A stretch of 64,000 nt of DNA from Balanoglossus misakiensis (lineage: Eukaryota > Animalia > Hemichordata): contig CM082589.2 in the NCBI GenBank assembly GCA_040954595.2, positions 11,792,894-11,856,893 of the forward strand. Reading direction: 5' to 3'. The stretch's first letter is position 1, and each line of letters starts with the position of its first letter. This document shows, piece by piece, positions 1 to 11,400 of this stretch. Position numbers and translations under genes: made by a program. The notes under the pieces are model-generated. The model was given only the letters and a program-made list of their open reading frames with translations. It was not told where the DNA came from and made no database searches.

Positions 1-1564
1 CGTTCTGTCCCCCCCCCCCCTACATTATATGCGGTACGCCGATGTCAGCTTACCCGGCAGTACTGCAGGCCGTGCCCCCAACTAACGTCGGTGTTTGAAA
101 CGCCCTGGTTAAATTCGGGCTTTCTCTATAAATTGACAGGCAATAATGCAGTCCTACCCGAACAAATGTCGAGTGTTGACCCGCTGTGACTTTCCCTCTT
201 CGGTTTGCCCGACTTAGCCAACGTCTTTGTACTAGAGTGTCGGGTCTTTTGCAGAGCCAGGCCGAAGGAAATCCGACTTGATCACCGTTGCTAACGAACG
301 CTAGTGTCTGTCATGGTGTGCCGGGGTTTTAGTCGAGCAAGGCCGTAGGAGATCTGACTTGATCATCGTGGTCAATGTACGCGAGATTCCGCTCTTATTT
401 AAAGTGCCGGGGCTTCAGCTAAACCAGGCCGTAGGAAATCCAACGTAATCACCGTTGATAACTTACGCCAGTCTGTGTCATATAGAGCCGGTGCACCAGC
501 CGAGTCACGCCGTAGGAAATCTGACTTGATCAACGTGGTCAATGTACGCCTGTTTCTGCTCTTGAGTGCCGGGGCTTCAGCTGAGCCAGGCCGTAGGAAA
601 CCCGACGTGAGTACCGATGTTAACTTACGCCAGCCTGTGTCCTATATATAGTGCCGGGGCATCAGCCGTGCCAGGCCGAAGGAAATGTGAGTAGATCAAC
701 GTGGTCTCTGTACGCGTGTTTCTGCTCTAGAGTGCCGGGGCTTTATCCAAGCCATGCCGTAGAAAATCTGACTTGATCACCGTTGCTAACGTACGCTAGT
801 GTCTGTCATATTGTGACGGAGATTTAGCCGAGCCAGGCCGTAGAAAAATCGACTTGTTCAACGTTACCAGTGTGCAACTGTTTCTGCTCTAGAGTGTCAG
901 GGTTTTAGCCGACTTATGCTGTAGGAAATCTGAGTTGATGAACGGGAATTCAATGTTAGAAAACCCGTGTGGAAAGTATCTCTACCCGTTTGAAACTAAG
1001 AAAAGAATTTATTCTTATTTATTTTGTAAAAAAGACAATTTTTCGAAAAAAAGTCGAAAATGGTAATTTTGTCTTGGGTGATTTAAATTATACCGCCTTT
1101 TCTGGAATTTGCAGCACATTTTACAAGAGAACGACACTTCATGCTCCATAATATTTCCGAAAAAATCAAAATATGGCCAAAATGGCTATTTTTTCTTGAA
1201 TTCCGTCACTATCTCTGCATTTTTGGAGTGGTCGAAAGTTTTAACATATAATCAACATGTCATATATGATCAGGGCACCAAATTCGAAGAACAAAGGTTT
1301 TTTTATTTTTTTTTCTAAAAATGACATTTTCAAGGAAAATTTGGTAAAACGCAATTTTGTCTGCAGTGAGCCAAATTTGCCGTTTATTGTGGAATTTGTA
1401 TCGATATATATATACGAAGAGCATTCGATACTCCATCAGAATTCCGAACATGTAGAAAACAGGTATTTTTGTAATTTTCAAAAATTTACCATTTTGACCA
1501 AATTGTGGCTAAAATTGTTATTTTCGTGTTGAATGCCGCCTGTGTCACTGCTTTTAAAAGTCAT

Positions 1565-3841
1565 AACCAGATATTAACTGAATATGCTCACGTGCAGTAC
1601 TGTGATTGGTTGACAGAATAACAAGATTAGAAAAACCAGTTTTAAACCATTTTGGTTTATAGTGTATATGGTGTAAGGGTTGTGTGTTGCACCATTGTGG
1701 AATGTTTGTGGAATTGTTGCCTTGTCAATTTTTGTAAGGGGTTAGGGACGATGTCAAATAACAAAAAATAAGTTTAGCTTGAAACCCCTGCACTCCCCCT
1801 TGTAACCTAATTGTTGAATACTGATCAGTGCCTCTTATTATTTCATTATTGTGACAACTCCATATTTAAACCATAACCAGGATAGAAAAGTACACTATCA
1901 CACATATTGATATTTCGACAATATTTGAATGAAAACATTTCTTTTCAATTCTGAGTTTACATCAGGTCTTGATTTCTGTTCATGCCTAAGAACCTCTTTA
2001 ACAAGTTTCAATAAGGAAGACATTTTGGCAAACAACAGGAAATTCAGACAAATCTGACTGATATCACATATATGAATTCCCATTCAAAGTTTCCAATCAA
2101 TTGGACTTGTGGTTTTACTGAAGACTATTTGGCCAAACCCTGCAGAAATTCCCAAAAAATACAATTATGCAAATTTCACTACAATTTGATCATATCTGAC
2201 TGAGATCACCCCTAGAAACCCAAATACAAAGTATCAAAACAATTGCACTTACAGTTTCACAGGATTTGATTTTTTGACAAAAACAGGAAATATTGCCCAA
2301 AAATGCATTTTTGCAAAATTTCACCACCGTTTGCACAAATGTGATTCAGGTAAGCCCTATGAACCTCCATACCAAGTTTCCAATCAATTGGACATGTAAT
2401 TTCAGAGAAGAATTTTTTTAACAAAACTGCAGAAAATTCCCCCAAAAATTCATAAAAAATATTTGACTACACTTCGATGCTCCGTAGAACAAAGTGTCCC
2501 CCCTGTCCCCCCCTTTTTGGTAACGCACGTCGCCAGACTCCGTGAGAGCGATTGCATACCCTTCCTAACATACACTGTATACGAACGCGTCTGTCCTGGC
2601 TAGCAAATGAGTCGTACGATCGTCTGCCGCGCGCGCTGGGCCGGGCGCGTGCGCGCGTGCGGTTGTAGATTGCGACATCACTTCCGCGGCGCTAGTGCGT
2701 TCGCTCGCATATTTTGCAAGTCCAGCTGTAGCTAGGCCGTCCGTGAGTGTAGTTCTCGTTCATATACAAAAAAACGCGAAATAACTTATTGTGTGTTCGT
2801 TTAGGCCTATGCTAAATTATCCATACACTTTATTGTTCCATGACGCCCGTGGTCAAAGTACGTAGTCTCTGTGATAAGACTCCATACACACAAAATGGTA
2901 ACCTTGGAAGTCCAGCTGACATAGTTATGCAATGGCGTCTCGTGTATTCCGTCGCCAAAAAATCATCGTAAAATTGATAGTCGGGGTCACAATTCAAGAC
3001 GACTTTCTCTAAATTCTTTATGAATGGATTAAATCGAAATCGAAATGTTGACGTATGACGTACGGAATGAGATCTGAACAGACATTCAATGTTATCATTC
3101 TCGCTCGATCACATATTGGGTAGGCCATCTAGCAATCGCTATATAGTATTGGCGATAACAGAATGTCTATAAACACACAAAACGGATTTTACTGTTGAGT
3201 GTGATCAACCGCCATGTTATTTTTCTCTGAACAATAGACAAATAGAAAGCCTGGTGACATTTTGAGATTGACTGCGTGAGGACCACAATATGCGTGAATC
3301 ATTTACGGTTTGTCTTGATGAATGGGTCACGTCATAGTCATAACGCGGATTCGGCTGCACGCCAACTATCCGCCATATTGTCTCCACTAACTTACTCGTA
3401 AGTAGTTTCAAACTTCATTTGAAAAGAGTATTCGTCTGACGGTCCTGTAGATTAACAATTTACGTTCTATGAAGCAGCTAAACAACGTTAGCTTCCTTGT
3501 GGATTCACGTAGGGAAGTTATTCGTAACGACGGGTACAGCGTCTGAGCATGGACAGAACCACGGCAATATCGCCAGGAATGTCTCATTTCACAGCGCCCT
3601 CAAACAGTCGATCTCCTCAAACTATCGTTTCCACTGGTCATATATGCGGCATTAACGAAAGCTCTCATAGACAACCATGTAATAGAAAAATTAAAACTTT
3701 AATAACTTCATTAATATCAAAGCCACACCCACCAAAACCTTTTCAGTTCTTGCCATATAATATCTGAACCTGTGTACTAAATTTGGTTGAAATCGGTTCA
3801 GCGGTTCTTCAGATATCGGGTATACAGACAGACACACACAT

Positions 3842-3874
<33 letters not shown>

Positions 3875-3914
3875 TCGCTAAACCATAAGCTCACGTGATT
3901 TTCACGTGAGCTAA
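1565..3914 (-). mobile_element. Non-autonomous Helentron-type element (HINE/DINE-1-like)
   Basis: It interrupts the satellite at GTCATAA|AAACTT with no TSD. The minus-strand 5' end has a T-run, the palindrome AGCTCACGTGAAAATCACGTGAGCT and a (GT)n/(ATGT)n microsatellite. A subterminal inverted copy GCTCACGTG lies at ~1585, and internal core repeats AAGTTTCCAATCAATTGGAC occur at ~2087 and ~2374. Confidence 0.75.
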
Positions 3915-4829
3915 AAACTTTTAACATACATGCAATTGTTTATATATGATCAGGTCACCGAATTAAAAAAATAAAGAATATTTTGCCTAAAAATGACCTT
4001 TTTGGTGCAAAAACGAATAAAACGCAATTTTGTATTAAATCAGAGTGCATTTTTTATAATCAGCACCATTTTTACATATAATGGAAATTTCATACATCAT
4101 CAGATATCCAAATATGAAAAAATGATTTAGATTTTAGATGATTGTCCAAAATTAGCTGATATCTAATAAATGTAGTATTGAACCGTTCTGCCCCCCCCCC
4201 CCCTACATTATATGCGGTACGCCGATGTCAGCTTACCCGGCAGTACTGCAGGCCGTGCCCCCAACTAACGTCGGTGTTTGAAACGCCCTGGTTAAATTCG
4301 GGCTTTCTCTATAAATTGACAGGCAATAATGCAGTCCTACCCGAACAAATGTCGAGTGTTGAACCGCTGTGACTTTCCCTCTTCGGTTTGCCCGACTTGC
4401 CGACGTCTTTGTACTAGAGTGTCGGGTCTTTTGCAGAGCCAGGCCGAAGGAAATCCGACTTGATCACCGTTGCTAACGAACGCTAGTGTCTGTCATGGTG
4501 TGCCGGGGTTTTAGTCGAGCCAGGCCGTAGGAGATCTGACTTGATCATCGTGGTCAATGTACGCGTGTTTCCGCTCTAAAGTGCCGGGGCTTCAGCTAAA
4601 CCAGGCCGTAGGAAATCCGACGTAATCACCGTTGATAACTTACGCCAGTCTGTGTCATATAGAGCCGGTGCACCAGCCAAGTCACGCCGTAGCAAAATCT
4701 GACTTGATCAACGTGGTCTCTGTACGCGTGTTTCTGCTCTAGAGTGCCAGGGCTTTAGCCAAGCCAGGCCGTAGGAAACCCGACGTGATTACCGTTGTTT
4801 ACTTACGCCAGTCTGTGTCCTATATATAG

Positions 4830-4837
4830 ACACACAC

Positions 4838-4873
<36 letters not shown>

Positions 4874-4912
4874 CGCTAAACCATAAGCTCACGTGATTTT
4901 CACGTGAGCTAA
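4830..4912 (-). mobile_element. Duplicated terminal fragment of the Helentron-type element
   Basis: The sequence (AC)n-ATCGCTAAACCATAAGCTCACGTGATTTTCACGTGAGCT matches 3830-3912 and is fused to satellite TATATATAG. Confidence 0.85.
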
Positions 4913-7900
4913 AAACTTTTAACATACATGCAATTGTTTATATATGATCAGGTCACCGAATTAAAAAAATAAAGAATATTTTGCCTAAAAATGACCTTTT
5001 TGGTGCAAAAACGAATAAAACGCAATTTTGTATTAAATCAGAGTGCATTTTTTATAATCAGCACCATTTTTACATATAATGGAAATTTCATACATCATCA
5101 GATATCCAAATATGAAAAAAAATGATTTAGATTTTAGATGATTGTCCAAAATTAGCTGATATCTAATAAATGTAGTATTGAACCGTTCTGTCCCCCCCCC
5201 CCTACATTATATGCGGTACGCCGATGTCAGCTTACCCGGCAGTACTGCAGGCCGTGCCCCCAACTAACGTCGGTGTTTGAAACGCCCTGGTTAAATTCGG
5301 GCTTTCTCTATAAATTGACAGGCAATAATGCAGTCCTACCCGAACAAATGTCGAGTGTTGAACCGCTGTGACTTTCCCTCTTCGGTTTGCCCGACTTGCC
5401 AACGTCTTTGTACTAGAGTGTCGGGTCTTTTGCAGAGCCAGGCCGAAGGAAATCCGACTTGATCACCGTTGCTAACGAACGCTAGTGTCTGTCATGGTGT
5501 GCCGGGGTTTTAGTCGAGCCAGGCCGAAGGAGATCTGACTTGATCATCGTGGTCAATGTACGCGTGTTTCCGCTCTAAAGTGCCGGGGCTTCAGCTAAAC
5601 CAGGCCGTAGGAAATCCGACGTAATCACCGTTGATAACTTACGCCAGTCTGTGTCATATAGAGCCGGTGCACCAGCCAAGTCACGCCGTAGCAAAATCTG
5701 ACTTGATCAACGTGGTCTCTGTACGCGTGTTTCTGCTCTAGAGTGCCAGGGCTTTAGCCAAGCCAGGCCGTAGGAAACCCGACGTGATTACCGTTGTTTA
5801 CTTACGCCAGTCTGTGTCCTATATATAGTGCCGGGGCATCAGCCGTGCCAGGCCTAAGGAAATGTGAGTAGATCAACGTGGTCTCTGTTCGCGTGTTTCT
5901 GCTCTAGAGTGCCAGGGCTTTAGCCAAGCCATGCCGTAGGAAATCTGACTTGATCAACGTTGCTAACGAACGCTAGTGTCTGTCATAGTGTGCCGGGGTT
6001 TTAGTCGAGCCAAGCCGTAGGAGATCAGACTTGATCAACGTGGTCTCTGTACGCGTGTTTCCGCTCTAAAGTGCCGGGACTTCAGCTAAACCAGGCCGTA
6101 GGAAATCCGACGTAATCACCGTTGATAACTTACGCCAGTCTGTGTCATATAGAGCCGGTGCACCAGCCGAGTCACGCCGTAGGAAATCTGACTTGATCAA
6201 CGTGGTCAATGTACGCCTGTTTCTGCTCTAGAGTGCCGGGGCTTCAGCTGAGACAGGCCGTAGGAAACCCGACGTGATTAACGTTGTTAACTTACGCCAG
6301 TCTGTGTCCTATATATAGTGCCGGGGCATCAGCCGTGCCAGGCCGAAGGAAATGTGAGTAGATCAACGTGGTCTCTGTACGCGTGTTTCTGCTCTAGAGT
6401 GCCAGGGCTTTAGCCAAGCCATGCTGTAGGAAATCTGACTTGATCAACGTTGCTAACGAACGATAGTGTCTGTCATAGTGTGCCGGGGTTTTAGTCGAGC
6501 CAAGCCGTAGGAGATCAGACTTGATCAACGTGGTCTCTGTACGCGTGTTTCTGCTCTAGAGTGCCGGGGCTTTATCCAAGCCATGCCGTAGAAAATCTGA
6601 CTTGATCACCGTTGCTAACGTACGCTAGTGTCTGTCATATTGTGACGGAGATTTAGCCGAGCCAGGCCGTAGAAAAATCGACTTGTTCAACGTTACCAGT
6701 GTGCAACTGTTTCTGCTCTAGAGTGTCAGGGTTTTAGCCGACTTATGCTGTAGGAAATCTGAGTTGATGAATGGGAATTCAATGTTAGAAAACCCGTGTG
6801 GAAAGTATCTCTACCCGTTTGAAACTAAGAAAAGAATTTATTCTTATTTATTTTGTAAAAAAGACAATTTTTCGAAAAAAAGTCGAAAATGGTAATTTTG
6901 TCTTGGGTGATTCAAATTATACCGCCTTTTCTGGAATTTGCAGCACTTTTTACAAGAGAACGACACTTCATGCTCCATAATATTTCCGAAAATGAAGAAA
7001 AGAGTTATTTTTTTATGATTTTTTATAAATTTACCATTTTTGTCAAAATATGGCCAAAATGGCTATTTTTTCTTGAATTCCATCAATATCTCTGCATTTT
7101 TGGAGTGGTCGAAAGTTTTAACATATAATCAACATGTCATATATGATCAGGGCACCAAATTCGAAGAACAAAGGTTTTTTTTTTTTCTAAAAATGACATT
7201 TTCAAGGAAAATTTGGTAAAACACAATTTTGTCTGCAGTGAGCCAAATTGGCCGTTTTTTGAGGAATTTGTATCGATATATATATACGAAGAGCATTCTA
7301 TACTCCATCAGATTTCCGAAAATGTAGAAAACAGGTATTTTTTTGTAATTTTCAAAAATTTACCATTTTGACCAAATTGTGGCTAAAATTGTTATTTTCG
7401 TGTTGAATGCCGCCAGTGTCACTGCTTTTAAAAGTCATAAAAACTTTTAACATACAAGCAATTGTTTATATATGATCAGGTCACCGAATTAAAAAAATAA
7501 AGAATGTTTTGCCTAAAAATGACCTTTTTGGTGCAAAAACGAATAAAACGCAATTTTGTATTAAATCAGAGTGGCGTGCATTTTTTATAATCAGCACCAT
7601 TTTTACATATAATGGAAATGTCATACATCATCAGATATCCAAATATGAAAAAATGATTTAGATTTTAGATGATTGTCGAAAATTAGCTGATATATAATAC
7701 ATGTAGTATTGAACCACTCTGTTTCCCCCCCCCCCCCCCTACACACATGCGATTCCCCGTGTTAGACTAATGGGATTTGGTTTGAGGAAAGAAATAACAA
7801 ACAACAAACAGAACGAGAATTACAATAGAGCGAGAATTTGTGGTAATTTACGAGACTTCGTTCGGCATGCCTCAGAATCGGTACAATTTCCTTGGATTGG

Positions 7901-7989
7901 TGAAGAATCGCTTGAACTTGCGGGAAAAATGAACGTATCCACAGGATTCACTAACCATCTATCCTTCCCAGGAGGCAGTGGCATGAAAA

Positions 7990-8403
7990 ACTGTGCGACC
8001 GTTTGTGAGTAGCGAACGATTAATGGTCGCAATGCGTGGCCGCGCAGTTCTAATATGGCGGCGATCATATTTTGGTGAGATTCGAACTGTAATGTATTTT
8101 TCGATGCAGATTTTGAAATAATAATCGCATTGCAACTGCAACAGACAAGTTTTTTCATGATTGTTGTCTATTTATTAATCGTTTTATGTGAGTTTTGTGT
8201 CGTCGGATTTTGTATTATTCTGGCGTATTTTCTCGAAGTACGCGGAAGTGAGAAGCCCTACTCTATGTGTGGTATGCGTGTGACGAATACATGTGTTGTG
8301 TTCTATTATGTCCCTGTCGCTATGGACACGGCGTCTACCGGTGTAAACAGAAAAAAGTGCGCCACTTTTGAAGTTTGACGTCTGTGCGTCGGCTCGCGTC
8401 ACC
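7990..8403 (+). promoter_or_regulatory. Putative CpG-rich promoter/5' region of the transposase gene
   Basis: This CpG-rich stretch lies upstream of ACCATG at 8404 and has a YY1-like AATATGGCGGCG at ~8052. The call is inference only. Confidence 0.3.
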
Positions 8404-11400
8404 ATGTACAGAAATATAGAGTTTCATCGAAATTTAGTTTCAAAACGATGCCGAATTTGTGCAGAGAAGCTATCGAACAACACCAGGTATGAGAAAACAC
8501 CAGAAATTGTCGAGGGCTTTGGTGTCAACCTCGATGATGATTGTGAAACCATTCACCCTAATTTCATATGTAAGGATTGTAAGCGAGTGTCTGAACAACA
8601 CAAGAAGGCAAAGATTGTTGGTAGATCATATGCCACCAAGATAAAAGTATTTGACTGGACAAAACACACCAGGATTCTGGATAGGAGGGTGTACTGTGTG
8701 TTCTGTGTTGTGTAAGGGTGGCAGGAAAAGGCAATTGAAAGGACGATCAAAATATGTAAACGTGCCAAAGGGCTTACAGGATGGAGAAACCAGCAAGACC
8801 GTTGAATTAGAAGACGAAAGGAAGCGACAAGACACATAGGCGTTGTGTAACAGTGCACGCTTAAGAGCAAGCAAACGGTTTCGCCATGAACTGGAACTGA
8901 GCCATGAGAGGTTCAAGAGCCCTGTATCAAAAGACTTTGAATGTCCGATTTGTAAAAGTGTCACAGATAGCTGTTTACAGGTTTTATGTGAGGGGCCCCA
9001 TACTTTCTGTTGTGAATGTCTATGTGAGTGGCGTGTACAGTCTCCGTCTCATACATGTCCAGTTTGTCGTGTTCCTATATCTGTGTCATCAATTGTTAGT
9101 GTTCCAATTGTAGTTACAAATGTCTTGTCATCCCTTGTTGTATCTTGTGACAATGTCATGTATGGGTGCACCTCTCATATGCCCCTGGAAGAGTTATCTG
9201 TACATATGCAGCAATGCAAATTTTCATTGCCATTATATCGCGACCACGACTATTGTAAAATAGTCAAAGATCATGAAGCAACAGAGCAAACTTCGCCACT
9301 ACAGTCAACTACCACAGCTACTTCTACAATTCTGGATAGAATGCATCAGTTCAGAGAATACAGAGAGTTTGAAGTCCTGGCTACCAGAATTCTGAAAGAA
9401 AAGATGAGCATGGCAGAGGACAACACCGTTAGATTTAAGACAGGGGGACAAGTGAGTATGAGATCCGTTTAAAAAGCTGTTTCAAGATTTACCTTTGAAA
9501 TCATGTCACTGTGTGTATGTCAAAATTATATTGCTAGTCAAACCCAATCATTGATACATAAAGGATAGCAAAACTATATCATGTTTAAAAACACTGTAAA
9601 GAAGGAAATTCTATCATTTACTTTGCAGCCTTTAATCATGGCAAAAATAACCAAACCGCGTATAACAAGCCAGGACTGTAGTAAATATACATTAATAGAG
9701 AGGTCGAAGAGTTTGAAAGAAGTAAGAGAGACAGTCAGTGGTGGAGGCGATTCCTCCACTATACAAGCTGGTGCTGACTTCAAAAGGATGGGCAAAGAAA
9801 ATAAGGAATCAATTCTGGAATCACTCGGCATAGCAGCTAACGCACCACCTGGTGCTGGGTTACTTTTGAAAACCGACCTTGATATCACTTGGTCAACATT
9901 GAGGAAATTACGAAGGTAGGCGAAATTGGTACTGTGAAGGTACATGTTATTGCATGAAGTCCATACTCATAATGCATAATGTACAATAGTTTAGTCAGCA
10001 AAACACATGTTTCATGAAAATCAATAGACCTTAAAATATTTCACAAGTGCCCATTTTTGAACGACTCATTGAAAGCATTTTACCTACAATATAAAGTTGC
10101 TTTCAGAAAATGTGTCTCATAAATTTGTTGATTTCTTTTTATTTGACTAGTACATCAAAGCTTGTTTCACACAAGGGTATCCCTGCAAATGAGATCTGGA
10201 TTAAAGTTGGTGGTGATCACGGAGGTGGCTCAATGAAATAAACCTTCCAGATCCTCAACGTTGAACAACCTAACAGTGTTGAAAACACAGTTGTTTGGAA
10301 TTTGTTCCTAGCTGGTGACAGCTACAGAAACCTCCGCAGAGCAATGACTGTGAATTCAGGCCAAATAGATCTGCTCGATGAACACAAATGGAAGTAAGTA
10401 CCTTTCTGTTTTTATTTACATCTTGTTTCACTTGCTAAGGGTAATGACTGTATTTTGTCATGAATGAATATTATCTTTGTATTTAATTCTTTTTATGTGC
10501 ACTGTTTAGGGAATGGTTACTCCGCGTACACATTACTGGTGACTATGAGTACCTTTGTAAGAGCTACGGGTTGTCTGGAGCAAGTGGCAGGTGCTCAATT
10601 TACGTCTTGTCAAATAATGCATTTTGCAGTTGGATACTCTAACTTTCAAAATTTCATCTTTCGAAAAACAACAAATCAATTGTGTTTGACAGGAAAGTAC
10701 TTCTGTCTGTGGTGCCTGATTACCAAGGAAACATCACTTTTGGACCCTGAGCGCAGACCACCCATTCCAGCGAGGACGCTCACCCGGATTCATCAAGACT
10801 ATGCCCGGTTTACAGAGAAAGGATCAAACCTGAAAGATGCGAAAGAATTTAACAACTGTATACGTAAACCATTGTTCAATATCCCACTTAAAAGGGTTAG
10901 TGAAATTGACATTCATCAACAATATTAATATTTCTTTTTTCTCAACCAGATCTTTTAGATTATTATATTAGTATTTAAAGCTTCATTTAGCAACTTTTGT
11001 CAGTATTTTTATTTTGTTAAAAAGTGTGTACCTTGAGTCCCCCACCCCCATATGAAACGTTTATTATTAATTTGCTCAGTTAACCTCATATATGTGAGTG
11101 CGAGCATGGTTGTTTATGCTAAAAAGTGATTTCATGTCAAGAAGATACTGACAAAAGTAGCCTAAAGTTACAGATATTGTCCCTCTAATGATCTTCTTCA
11201 TATACACTTAGGTTGCTCTGCCAGTGTTACACATTTCTCTTGGAATTTTTCACCGATGGTTTAAGATGCTGCAAGAGGCATGCAGATTGCATGATGTTGA
11301 AATCTTCCTGCGTTTAGCAAGAGAGGATGATATTGATGAGCCCGTTCTGCCCTGTGAGTTGTTTGACGAGTATGTCAACATCATCAACAAAATCATGAAA

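Larger units (their letters stand above)
1..7741 (+). repeat. ~2-kb macrosatellite, units 1-3 plus the AT-rich arm leading into the transposase gene (interrupted by a Helentron-type element at 1565-3914)
   Basis: The landmark GAACCGTTCTGT-polyC-TACATTATATGCGGTACGCC recurs at ~1, ~4180 and ~5180. Each copy is followed by 81-bp GCCGTAGGAAATCTGACTTGATC subrepeats and the AT-rich block beginning AACCCGTGTGGAAAGTATCTC. Confidence 0.95.

Noticed and set aside
969-1151. Recurrent short ORFs (MESISTRL..., MNRSVPPP..., MSKYGQNG...) in every satellite unit
   Set aside because: They have non-ATG starts, frame-breaking homopolymer variation between units and no recognisable domains, so they are by-products of the repeat.
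5440-6770. CRISPR-like repeat/spacer reading of the 81-bp array
   Set aside because: The supposed spacers are themselves homologous and recur in every unit, the context is eukaryotic, and there are no cas genes.
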